From contig CDROCS010006010.1 of assembly GCA_977020255.1 (NCBI GenBank), positions 1 to 64,000 of the forward strand: a stretch of DNA of 64,000 bases, given 5' to 3'. The stretch is from Obrimoposthia wandeli. Its lineage: Eukaryota. Of the stretch, positions 1 through 11,673 are shown one piece after another (the stretch's first letter is position 1; every line of letters begins with the position of its first letter). The notes beneath the pieces were generated by a model. That model was not told the DNA's origin. It did not search any database and saw nothing but the letters and a program-made list of their open reading frames with translations. Both the position numbers and the translations under genes were made by a program.

Positions 1-2408
1 GAAAGTTCTCTGTTTTGCTCTTCAAATGCTGCTCCGTCTATGTCCAAAAGTGTTTTGTGTCTCAAAAAGTGCTTTTGTGTTTTTAATTCAATTACCATGA
101 CGCGTGTTATCTGCGGGATTATCAATTCTTTGACATTCTGGGTGTCTGAAGAGGTTGGGGCTCCAAAACGCCTCACGAGACTATAATGACAGTCAAGTAT
201 GGGAGAGCATGGCCAGTCTCATGAAGAACAAAGTATCGCCTCTCTCTCTCACAAAAAGCAGAAACAAATCTATAAATAAGCATCTCTCGATAAAGTTAGC
301 TGATTCATTCAAGAAAAAAGGGTTGATTCAGTGATTGGTTGACATCTGCTAAACCATAGCGTTTGGAAGATGCCGGCAAATGGAGTGACCTTTAAACAAT
401 GACATTTCCTGCTGAGCTTTACTCATTCATCTCAATCTTCAATCTTTTGTACAAATCAACTTGTGTTCGATGATCTTCTTCAGATAGAAATTGGAATTTT
501 GTTAACTTCCATGAATTATAACCAAAATCATTAAATCAGGAAATACGAGTGTGTATACTCATATATAAAAGGCTTTCTTCTTTAAATGATTATACGATAC
601 TTCTAACTTCTGAATTCGATAGTATGTTTACTTTGACAGCAAATATTGCTTGTATTATATTTACCATTTCATAGAATAACCAAAAAATCCATAGTATTCG
701 TAAATATTAACCAAAACTTTATTTTATCAATTTCTAGCGGTGGTGACTTATGGAATACTGTGTATTACTTTTTATTTTGTAAAAATTAATCATTGTTATT
801 TATTAAATTTAGAATATTATCAAAATAAAAAAAAACTTATGTACGACAAAAAATTCAGATAATTCAGATTATTTTTTGGTTTGTGACCATAATATTATTA
901 GATAGAAAACAAACATATTCAAAATTGAATCACAACATCTAAGAATATACAACAGACATTTCAATTCCTCTTCATAATATAATCTTTTAATAAAGTTATT
1001 TTCTATTTCATAAAATATATTAAATTATTTATTTTACTTTCATTTATTTCAGATTTATCGCTCATTTCCATAAGTATGTTAAAATTTTAAAAGTTTTTTT
1101 TCTGGTTACACTTTTAAGAAAATTTTTGATTCTCTTAATTATTTCCAGTACCTACGATGTTCCTCTACCAAGGTTTGTTTTAATGGCTGACATCTAAAAG
1201 TATTGATGAAAAGAAAATATTGAAGACCTTGTTTAAATATTTTAGCGTTTTATCGGTTTCAATTCAAACCTTTATTCATTGAACAAATACAAGAAATAAA
1301 TTTATGTTTTGTTTTAATTTTAATTTCTCTTAACTTAATGTAATTTTCTTTAGTGAATTCTTTCTTTAATCTGAAAATATTCGGACTCTTTAATTATTCA
1401 ACTGTTTAATGTAAGAAACTGTAAACTGGGATAATATTTATGCTGTGAATGTATGATTGTTTGCGTAGCTCAATGAAGTAACTCGTATATCCCAGCACAA
1501 CAACGACCCAGATGTTTTCATCCTCGATCTTCTAAGATCGTGACACATAAACACCAAGTCCCATTTCAAAATAGTTGGAGATATAGAAGTATTTGTATTG
1601 AAAATTTAACTTTTTTGAATATCTCAACTTGGAGAATTTACAAACATTCATCCTGAAATCGAATACGAAAAACTATGTTAATTTTGAGGAGCGAATTGAA
1701 GTTATGTGATCGACTAAAATTATTGTAAAATGAACCAGTTATATGAGCTGCAAATTTCTGTAAAAATTGATATTTTAAAGCTGTTTATGTTTAAATAGAC
1801 GAATTGCTGAGTTACGCAGTTTCTACTGTAGAATGTCTTTGAACATTAGAAAACTCCAAGACATTAAAAATAAATCTATTACTTCTTTTAAATGATTGTT
1901 AATATTGCAGTAGCAAAAGTTTAAAAAATTGTTAAAACGAAAAGGGTACAAATTTCCCAGAATTAAACCAAACTAAATTTTGACAAACAGTTTGAAGGCA
2001 ATTTTGGTTGGAGATATTTGAACATTAACTTATTTAATATGGCTTACCTAGACTTAATTATTGGTGGTCTATACCGTGTGATAGGAACTCACCAACGGCG
2101 ATTTTCCTTGCTGCTTATACCAGCCATTTTTTGGTGATTATTTGATCGTCTTCACTAAACCGTAAGATGATTGTCTCTTAGTTAGGGATAGTTGAAGGGT
2201 GTCGTTTAAAAATTGCGGCAATTTTCGATAGGGTTTTGCAAATACATGTAAATACTCTATTTTCTGTCATTCTTCCTATGCTTGCTTGCTTGCTATATAT
2301 TGCTTGTGACTTCAGTCTTTAGAAGCTGTCTGGATAAAATCTATAAAACCAATTAAACTTGATCGTTTATTTGATACTTTGATACCGTATTGTCTCAAAT
2401 TGCTCCAG

Positions 2409-2643
2409 GCATTCTCAGGAGAATCCTCAGATCGAACTACCTTCGTACGAACCAAATGAGTACGAACGAGAGTCAGTTGGCACATTCGGATTGCCGCGCA
2501 TTGTGCTGGATGACGGAAGATTTTCAGAAACCTCCTTCATTAATTTGGCCGGACTGCAGTCAGATGCAAACTGCAGTCGTCCGATCAGCAACGCCACCAC
2601 GATTTTGTCCTCGGACAGCGAGGATGAAATCGCCGGACACTGA
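2409..2643 (+). CDS. Putative terminal coding exon of an unidentified host gene
   Basis: Acceptor-like ttgctccag|G at 2408/2409, then a stop-free frame not in the ORF track (HSQENPQIELPSYEPNEYERESVGTFGLPRIVLDDGRFSETSFINLAG...SSDSEDEIAGH*, TGA 2641-2643). GC-richer than flanks, with AATAAA near 2777. Upstream exons not identified. Confidence 0.45.
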
Positions 2644-3399
2644 GACAAACTGGCTACCGAGCCTTGTTCACACGCACATGTAGAGGAGCCGACATTGAAG
2701 CCTGCAGATGCAGCTCGATATAGCATTCCCAGCATCAACATAGACTCATTGACACATTCCGTTTTTTTATTTCAATAATAAAACTAATAACTTTAAAACT
2801 TTGAAGTTGAAAATGTAAACTTCTGAAAGACGGATTAACCGGTTACGTATCTACAGGCTTCATTTTATAACTTGATATTTACATAAAATGTGAATCTGTG
2901 ATGTTTGAAAGAGTCACTAAAGGCTTTTTTCTAGATTTTGTTGCTAACTGAAGTCAAATCTCTACACAGACAACTTTATCATAAACTGTGAGTGTCCTGA
3001 TAACGTGTTATTTCTTTTTTAAATCCTATTTATTCAATATCAAATGTCGATGTTTAAATTTCATATTTTATTATATTACTTTTAGTAGAAAGTAAATTGT
3101 TGTCTGTTAAAATATATAATAATGTTTAAAGAATAAATTTAACAAGTAGATCCTGTTTCGCAAACGTAAATATAAGGTATCTTTCGCTAAAATAGTAGCT
3201 AAATACATGTTAAAAGTGCTGTAATTACCATCGGCCATGTGTTAGTGTAATTATGTATGACTTTAATTACATTACTAGTAAGTAACTCGATGACGAAATC
3301 ACAATATGTTAGATTTCTAACATTCAATTGATTTTCAAACATTCTTACATTCACAAACATACAAGTAATATTTTATACAGTCTTGCATTCACAAGCATT

Positions 3400-4240
3400 C
3401 AATTATCCATGATAACAACATTCTTATCAATCCACTTCCTCTAATCATCATGACTGCTCAACGATATCTTACTTAGTTGAATTGTGAAGAGTTGATGATT
3501 AAGTGGCAGTAATAAGCTCTTGTTGTACTCTTTCACTTACTCCACTCTCATATACAGCCAAGTAATTAGCGTTTGATAAGCCCATATTCTTCAAACTAAT
3601 TCACTTGCATCTGTAATCATCCATATGTAGTTTCTAAACTATACGATTTTGGACGTACAAATATCCCTGCTTATATATCACTACTCCTTTGCTCTCCTTT
3701 TTAACCTTTCCTTTTGTAGTGTTAACCATGGTAAATAGAGGATGAGAAATAAGAAATTTAGAAGTATCTAAAAGCCCATCACCGATCATTGCCGATAACA
3801 AATCTGCTTGTACATGAACACCTATATACTTTAAAAAAAGCTATCAGTGTCACTGCTATTTACTTTGATTTAATTACCTCAGTTAAATTGGCTTCCATAT
3901 TTATCAAGTTCGATGTATTTTATTTCATACATCCGTTATTTACTCAATATAGCTCGAACGATATTATCCTTATTGAGCATAACTACAATTGGGTCTCTAT
4001 TGATTTCAAACGTCCGCATAAATTGACCCTTGCTACAGTATGTAACTAACTTTTGAGGAATGTTACAAACCCTAAGTACAAATCATAAGTACATCTATAA
4101 CAAAAAAGATTGCAAAACATAATGTTTTTTCGTATAATAGGTCATAAGTAGTTTGGTAACGCATCTAACTTGATATGGAGGTGATTTGGAATGATCATAT
4201 CTACTTCCAATAAATATACATAGTTATTACAACTGAAGTC
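3400..4240 (-). pseudogene. Degenerate protein-primed family B DNA polymerase (pPolB) C-terminal half, Maverick relic
   Basis: Manual minus-strand translation gives YLLEVDMIIPNHLH, ILSK*RMYEIKY, SDTDSFF, LLSAMIGDGLLDTSKF..HPL, RPKSYSL and NHQLFTIQLSKISLSSHDD*RKWIDKN, colinear with the PolB pieces at 17179 and 58923. Many stops and frameshifts. Confidence 0.75.
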
Positions 4241-7204
4241 TACATATGTGAGTAGTATAAAGTGTCGGTACTAAACCAAAGAACAAAGCCCCGGGTTACC
4301 TTTTACTGCAAAACCATATTGGTGTTGTATGCAGGATTTCGAGACTTGACCTACACCTGGTCTGAAAAACATGCATACTACGCCAACAGTTATAGGTCCC
4401 CCCTGGGGTACCCTTTACTGCAAAAAAACCATATTGGTGTAATATATTGCATATAATATAGTTTAAAAGTAATTTTTGTATGTCTTGTAAGCAAAATTAA
4501 ATAACATGAAATAGCTTTTAATATTTGAAAGAATAAACTTAATAGTAACTTCTACTTGAGATTTAGATTATATACAGTCAGCAAGATACAGCTACTAACT
4601 TTATAATTAAAATATTATTATAGTTTAAAGAAAAAATCACTTGATAAAAACTATAATAATGTGGTAAAGAAATATTGTTTAATATATAAAATGAATTTTG
4701 TAGAAATAAATTATATATATATATGTATTTTTTGTTGTTGTTGTGAATATTACTATTATACTAATTAACGTCCTCAGTTACACTTTCAGTCATACTCTAT
4801 AACATTTTACATATTTTATATTACTAACTTTTTTTTAACTTAATATTTAACTCTTATTAACTTTTATTCACTTGAGACTCTTAATTTTAATATTTTATAT
4901 ATATATTTTTTTAATTATTTAGAAATTTGAATAAAATATGTAGATATTAAGATGATAATCTAATATGTTTGAATAATTTGTTTTATTCAAGCAATGTGAT
5001 TAAAGATTTGGTATTATAATTTATTGACAAAGCTTTCAGTTGGTTTGCTATTATTTTCATGTATTTGGAAATAATTTTGCAATATTCTATACACAGAGAA
5101 TAAAATTGTTTTGTTGAGTAAATTTACTAAAATTTGTAAATATAAATACATTTTAAAATATTTAAAATGTGAAACGAATAAAAATGATAATTTTCAAATT
5201 ATATTTATTAATGCATTTTCATAACCAAGTTATTTGAAAATAAAGAATTTAAATTTATCTTATTATTTTAAAATATTTAAATTAGGGAATGTTATCAAAC
5301 AAGATAATAAATTGTAATTATTTATTTGCATGAATGTGTATAAACTGTTAACTTTAGAGAAAAGATATGAAGGTAAAATATGTGAAAATTCACATCCTCA
5401 TTATTATATTTTTATCAGATTGTTACATCATCTTCATTGATTGATAGTATTCATTTAATAATTAGCTAGTACTCACTTACAGTTTTACATTCACTTGCTA
5501 AAACTCTTACTTTTATTCGCATTCACTTGCATTCATACTTTCATTAATTTACATTCATTCTAACTCTCATTTATCCAAACTATCATTCAAATTCCTTAAT
5601 ATTTTTTTACTAATTTTCATTCATACCTGTACTTGACATTCGTTCTTGCAATCGTATTCTTTCTTACTTGTACTTGTAGCTACATTCATTAATACTTGTA
5701 CTTGCATTCTTTGTTAATTATACTTGATTTTATTTACATTTACACTTGTATTAATTCATACAATCGATTATTAATTTTATTTGTTATCACAAGAGATTTT
5801 TAATATTGTACAAAGTCGAATAATAAATTGAAATACTAAGTTGATAATCGAATATGTACACTAATTTATTTATTTACATATAAAACAATATAATTAAATA
5901 TTTGGTATTCTAATTTCTAAACAAAATTTTCAGTAACTTTGAATAACATGTGTTTACAAATTAATTTTCAATATTCCATAATTTAAATTCGTTAGAATTA
6001 AAAAAAAACTTTCAAAATAAATTTCGAAAAACTTTTACACTTGCAAAAAAATTTGTAACAAAAACCTTTACACTTGTAAATAAATTTGTAACAAAAAACT
6101 TTACTAAATTAAAATTAGTTTTAGTTTACAAATTTCTACTTTAAATTTTTTTAAAAATATTTCAAAATTAAAAGATTACTTGTAATAAATACAAAAATTA
6201 TTTTAAATTTTAACAATTTTTTTTTCTAATAAAAAAATTGAACATTATAGTTTAAAAAAAGAATTAAAATCATCACATAGATTTGAAAATAAATGTTAAA
6301 CAATATAAAATGTTTAGATTCGTTAGAATTTTTACAAAAACTTTACAAAATAATTATATAGTTAAAATTTTTGATTTTAATTTCCTATTTAGAAATAAAT
6401 AAAACATATTCAAAAATTTTAAAAATCTTTCTCACAATAAATACAAAGATAAAAACTATTTACCATTAAATAAAAGTATTAAACATCATAGATTTAAAAT
6501 AATTTTTTTAAAAGTTAGATTTATATAGATTATAAATAACAATTTCAATAAAATTTTTTAAAATACATTTATAAATTAGATGCTTTACAATCATTTGCAA
6601 ATTCTTTTTTAGAATCTGAAATTTATATATAAATATAAAATTTTTATATATTTAAACTTATAATTTGATAATTTAGATTTGTTAGAATTTTCCAAATCTT
6701 TTCTAAATAAATTTGAACAAAAAACTTTTACACTTGCAAATAAATTTATTATTTCCAAAGACATGAAAGAATTAGTAAGAATAACGGTCATTTTAATTTA
6801 ACTTAATAATTTTTAAAATATATATATAGTTTTGTTATTGTTTTTGTTGTTGTTATTATTATTTAATGTAATTATTTGTACACACACTCATTCACTTCAA
6901 TATAATAATACAACTTTTGTGTTTAATAAATTTATTTATTATATATGATTAATTTGAATAGTTGACCAATAATATTAAAGTTAGGTTTTTATATAATTGA
7001 AACACTTTAGTTTTAAAATCATTTCATCATTATGACTCTAAGTACTTTGGATATGTTATATCTTCTTCGCACCAACCTTAAAAAAGAAATAACTTCCCCA
7101 ACTTTAGTTCGATTTTGTGATATATATATTATTCTCAAAAGTGATACTCACAGTTCTCCTACAAGCGTTGGTTCTATTAAACTAGTATAAATTGGATGTA
7201 AAAG

Positions 7205-8149
7205 TTATATTAGATGCTGATATCTAAGTTGGATCTGAATAACCATGTCATTTAACAAAGTATTGTTTATGTTTTCCAGTACTATAGATTTTCTGTAATA
7301 TTTTTTGAATACAGAAAACGTTAGGTTTATTTGATATTACTTATAGTTCTTGCTCGTAAAACTTACCCTGAATTTTTCAAAATATTTCATCGCTCCGATT
7401 CTTATCAAACTTCTTAATAAATGGAGTAGAGCTAATTTTAGAAATTCAAACATTTTTTTTTCGTCTTTCTAACATTTTATTTTTTATTCCTGTCTATCCA
7501 AATATCCATATAGTTTTATCAGTAACATCTACCGGTCTCGTTCCCTTAAGACTAATATGTTCAGATGGATTAAGTGCATACATTATATTGGGCAAAACTT
7601 GGATCCATTTTTTATTTCCTTCTTTAGTGAAATACTTTTTTATTCAATCTCTTAAAGTACGATTAATTCTTTCTACTACTGCTGCTTTGTACTGCAAAAT
7701 TATCTAGAAGTGATTTATATTATTTTGTTTAAATAAACTGGTTGATTATGAAATTCTTTTCCTAAATCAGTTTGCACATTTTGTGGAATGTCCTCTTTTA
7801 ATATTTCTTTAATGGCTTCAAACATAGCTATTGAAGACTTTGCTTTAACTAGAATTGCACGAGCAAACCTGCTAAATACATCAATACATGTTAAAATATA
7901 TCGATATCCCTTATTAATGGAAGAATATGGGATCATCTCCATCAAATCCATTTGCCATAAATTATAAGGGCCGCTGGTTTTGTAAGCTCTAGTTGGAAAC
8001 CTTCTTCTCATCAGCTTGTTCAGGCTTTAGGCTAGCTGGTCGCTCAGCCATTTCTGCGTTTTCTTGTAATTTTGTTTTGTTCTTTTTGCTAATTTTGAAA
8101 CTCCTGTGTAGCCAATTGGATCTTTTGGATTGAACCATATCTTCTCCAT
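7205..8149 (-). pseudogene. Maverick rve-type integrase, disrupted copy
   Basis: ORF 7715-8011 (LWQMDLMEM...CIDVFSRF...QTDLGKEF) is nearly identical to the 12914-13937 integrase. Chromodomain-like end HGYSDPTWISASNI near 7210. Confidence 0.85.
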
Positions 8150-8235
8150 TACAACAATTTAAATAGAAAGAAAATTTAAGTTTAGGTAAAGAAGGGTTAG
8201 CACCCATATCTTTAACTGATTTTAGAAATAATTGT

Positions 8236-8565
8236 TTATGAACGTGTCGCAGCTATAATACTACTGATAATTGAAGCAACAAATGGAATAACAGCCCCTA
8301 TGAAACTACCATTCTGTTTAAGACTAATATTTCGTTTCCTTTTTTTTACTTTTTACATTAGCAATATCTAGAAGAGTTTTTCTATATTTCTTTAATATAT
8401 TTTTCCGATTTCAACATTTACTTGACCCAAAACTATATTAGACAAATCTTCCAATAAATCATCTACAAGAAAGGATTGAATTGCGTTGAGAATAATCATT
8501 CTCTTATTAGAAGAGGCTTTGACTAAAGCTCTAAAATATGATATGTTTCTTTGTATTTTCTTCAT
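8236..8565 (-). pseudogene. pX-like protein, disrupted copy of 12498-12827
   Basis: Reverse-complement similarity to 12498-12827 with indels. Confidence 0.75.
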
Positions 8566-8759
8566 TTTAATAAAAAAGATTCAATTTAAATATTGTTTAT
8601 ATTCGAAGCCATTTAAGTTTTTTTATTTCTAACTACAGATTTGATTAATTTTTTCACTTCTTTTTCTTAATGATTCTTTTTTTTGATTTCTTAGATTTTT
8701 ACTTTACGTTTTACTATCAACTTTGTAAAAGGCATTGCGAATTTATTTTTATAATTGTT

Positions 8760-9280
8760 CTATATTTGTTTATAAACAGTTACTCCCTTAGAATTAAATA
8801 TGTCTGTTAAAACACGTAAATCATCTGGGCAAGCTTGTGTAAAGTCAATAAATATATACCCATGTGCTTGTTTAGCAGCAGCGTGGAATGAATCAACTAG
8901 AAAGTTCTTATTTTGAGGAAATGCCTGTCTGGCCACAAAATCAACAACTGTTTGATCTCTAGGATTTTTAAATAAGACTAAGTAATGTACATTAATATTT
9001 TTTGTTATATGGTGACGTCCTTGGTGAAACAGATTTTGCGTGATAAATATAACTGTTATTTCACGATGTCTTGCAATCTTTGTAAATAAATTATTAAAGT
9101 CCGATTCCTTGTTAGCCTCCTCATACAAATCATCAATTATTATTACATCTTCTTTTTTCAATCTTTCACACCAATTTGCATCAAATCCTTCAATAAATTT
9201 TATACCCTTCAACTTGCAAACTTCTGTTTTGGTTAACCCGCTTTCCCCTCCTCCACCATGATGCCAATAAATATTTTTTC
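8760..9280 (-). pseudogene. A32/FtsK-like packaging ATPase, 5'-truncated copy
   Basis: Walker B IIIDDL and ITQNLF...YLVLFKNPRD motifs; nearly identical to 11851-12318; Walker A missing. Confidence 0.9.
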
Positions 9281-9329
9281 TTAATGAAAAATTTTTTTGA
9301 TTTTTAGACTTTGCCTAAACATTTTACTA

Positions 9330-9682
9330 TCAACTTTTTAAAATAGTTACTCCCTTATAATTAAAGATATTTTTAGAACACGTAAATTATATGGGCAAGC
9401 TTGTATAAAGTCAATAATTATATTCCCGTGTGCTTGTTTAGCAGCATCATGGAATGAATCAAACAAACAGTTCTTATTTTAGGGAGATTCTTGTCTGACC
9501 ACGAAATATACAACAGTTTGATATCTAGGATTTATAAATAAAACTATGTAATGTACATTAAAATTTCTTGTTCTATGATGACCTTGGTGAAAAATATTTT
9601 GAGTGATAAATGTAACTGTTACTTCAAGATGTCTTCCAATATTTGTAAATAAACTATTAAAGTCCGATTCCTTGTTAGCTTC
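9330..9682 (-). pseudogene. C-terminal half of the outer (older) Maverick packaging ATPase, cut by the nested insertion
   Basis: EANKESDFNSLFTNIGRHLEVTVTFITQNIFHQG starts exactly at the TSD 9677-9682. The N-terminal half resumes at 22114. Confidence 0.85.
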
Positions 9683-9785
9683 AGTAGGTGGATGTGTCCG
9701 GTCTAATCCACACCCCCCTCTGTCCTTTAAAACCGTGTATGTGTGTGGAGTGAAATTTTGTGCATGTGTGTGGAGTGAAATTTCA
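9683..9785 (+). repeat. Left terminal inverted repeat of the Maverick
   Basis: About 100 bp matching the reverse complement of about 22010-22113, with mismatches. Confidence 0.9.
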
Positions 9786-10124
9786 TGTATGTGTCCATTC
9801 CATCCAAGGGGTAAGAAAGGGGTACCCTCACCCACCTCCATTTTAAAAATTTTACTGCGAATCTCAAAAGTGGTTAGAGAAAACCACGGGAATCCATATT
9901 TATTGGCCCCGGAGGCTTATCGCAGACGACATTTTAAATAATATATTACTACTATTTTTTAGAAAGATTTTAGTTTAATAAATTACTGCATGTTAAATAT
10001 CTATGTCAGTTTTAGAATTTCTAGGATAAAAAAATCGGTCAGATCTATATAATTTAGAGGAGAAAATACGAAAAAATGAATAAAACCGATTACAATTTAT
10101 TATATGCAAAATGAAAGAAAGAAG

Positions 10125-10607
10125 TTAAAACATAGAAATATGAGCACGTTCAATTTTCCACATAGGCAACTTTGTCCCCATTTCATCTTTCTTGTAACCA
10201 TAAAGTCGAATTGTTACAGTCCATTGCTTCTTTTTCGGAAACGCATCAATATCAACATATCTTCCATAGTCATCTAGAAATGCTTCATCGGGTCCTCGAA
10301 TATAAAATTCGTTTTTATTGAAAGTAAAATTCGGAACTGCCTTTTCAATTTTCTGGTGAAGATATTGAAAATCTGTTTTTTGAATATTTGATAGATAGTA
10401 GCTGAACTTTCTTCTTTCAATTGTCACAGGATTTACTAAAGCAATCAGTTGAGCCTTCTTCAAGAATCTGACTTTGTATTTGAAATATTGTTTTACTTCT
10501 TGATACATATCCTTATCCGATTCTTCAAATATTTCTAAATCTTCGTCACCGCTTAATACCCGTTGGCTATCCTCCATCGTTGATAATTGTCTTTGATATG
10601 AATGCAT
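10125..10607 (-). CDS. Maverick accessory protein X1 (160 aa, intact), possible OB-fold ssDNA-binding protein
   Basis: Uninterrupted ORF with homologs at 23386, 37078 and 49100. The C-terminal WTVTIRLYGY...PMWKIERA pattern suggests a viral SSB (inference only). Confidence 0.6.
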   Translation of the reverse strand: MHSYQRQLSTMEDSQRVLSGDEDLEIFEESDKDMYQEVKQYFKYKVRFLKKAQLIALVNPVTIERRKFSYYLSNIQKTDFQYLHQKIEKAVPNFTFNKNEFYIRGPDEAFLDDYGRYVDIDAFPKKKQWTVTIRLYGYKKDEMGTKLPMWKIERAHISMF

Positions 10608-10832
10608 TTACTGTGATTTGTCCTCCAATGGCGCATTCTTTTATACTAATTTCTAACAAAAACATGAATCTCATTGGTTAATATAACAAAAGCATTGATT
10701 GGACTAAATTTGATTGGAAGAAATTTTTCATTTAATTATATTAGGTTTGCAAGATAATTACAAGAAACGTGCAATAAAAAAGCAGATTCAGACATATATA
10801 AAGAAGATTTTACAGAATACAATTTCAGTCTA

Positions 10833-11334
10833 ATGAAACTCGTAAATATAAATTATAAAGGTAGAACAGAAGATGATGTTTCGTACTTACCATTCAATGA
10901 ATGGAAGCCGAGACAATATGAAAGAAAAAGTTTGACAATTTCACAGTTGTTATTTTTCCTACAGGTTAGTTTTTTATTTTATTTTCATATTGAATTCTTT
11001 AGGAAATTGTCATGTTATGGGATGCAAAATACCAATGCTTGGGTTCAATTTACCATTTGGAATTCAAATCACTGCAATACAATCAATCACGATTTCGGCT
11101 AATCTCGGGAAACAGATAAATCTTTTTAAAATTGCAGAGAAAATGAAAGAAGAATGCATCTTTGAACCAGAAATTTTTTCTGCTCTCAGTTATTTGAAGT
11201 TTAAACCGCTATGTGTAAATATATTTTCCAGTGGTAAAGTTATGATATTGGGATTGAAAAATTTTGATTATCCAGACATTGTTGAATTGATTTTAGAAAA
11301 TATATCTTATTACATCTTGTTATCTTTTCTATAA
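10833..11334 (+). pseudogene. TATA-binding-protein (TBP)-like gene, two repeats, one 38-nt intron (10965-11002), frameshift in exon 1
   Basis: Repeat 2: SANLGKQINLFKIAEK...FEPEIFSALSYLKFKPLCVNIFSSGKVMILGLK matches the TBP core. Splicing GTTAGT...TTTAG restores repeat 1, VVIFPTG|NCHVMGCK. An A-run length change near 10925 shifts the frame. Confidence 0.8.
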
Positions 11335-11353
11335 ACAAACCCGTTTAAACTTA

Positions 11354-11635
11354 TTGTTTCAAATGAATAATACTATAAATAGAGACAATGAATTGGATCG
11401 TCTTGCCGAGGAAATATTTTCTGGAAAAATTAGGGGTAAAGAAATTTTATCAGAATTAAAAAATAAAGATATAACAAGAGATAACATTGAAATATTGGTT
11501 AGATCACACGTTATTCGAGAATTTAGAAATCGTACACAAATAAATAAAATTATATCCAAATATTCATTAATTAATTTTTGTATTTCATCTACAATAGCTC
11601 TAACATTGTACATTTCAATAAGGAAACTTCTATGA
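11354..11635 (+). CDS. Small Maverick hypothetical protein
   Basis: Intact 93-aa ORF between TBP-like and ATPase, with positional homologs at 22519-22710 and 36211-36402. Confidence 0.6.
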   Translation: MFQMNNTINRDNELDRLAEEIFSGKIRGKEILSELKNKDITRDNIEILVRSHVIREFRNRTQINKIISKYSLINFCISSTIALTLYISIRKLL

Positions 11636-11673
11636 TAATATAAACAATATTTAAAAATGAAAGAGTATATGCA

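Larger units (their letters stand above)
7060..9285 (-). mobile_element. Inverted Maverick core fragment (ATPase - basic peptide - pX-like - integrase - penton remnant)
   Basis: Reverse complement is colinear with 11790-13930, then jumps to penton-like sequence matching about 14700-14780. Confidence 0.85.

Noticed and set aside
2427-2741. Minus-strand 104-aa ORF and plus-strand ORF 2390-2683
   Set aside because: No convincing donor or motif; a different plus frame fits better as a terminal exon.
5400-6830. Degenerate ACTTGCATTC-like and roughly 330-bp AT-rich repeats
   Set aside because: Low complexity with no definable unit, termini or coding signal.
9479-9841. 120-aa ORF that looks like a novel N-terminus fused to the ATPase
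   Set aside because: Chance read-through from the inner element's TIR into the interrupted outer ATPase.
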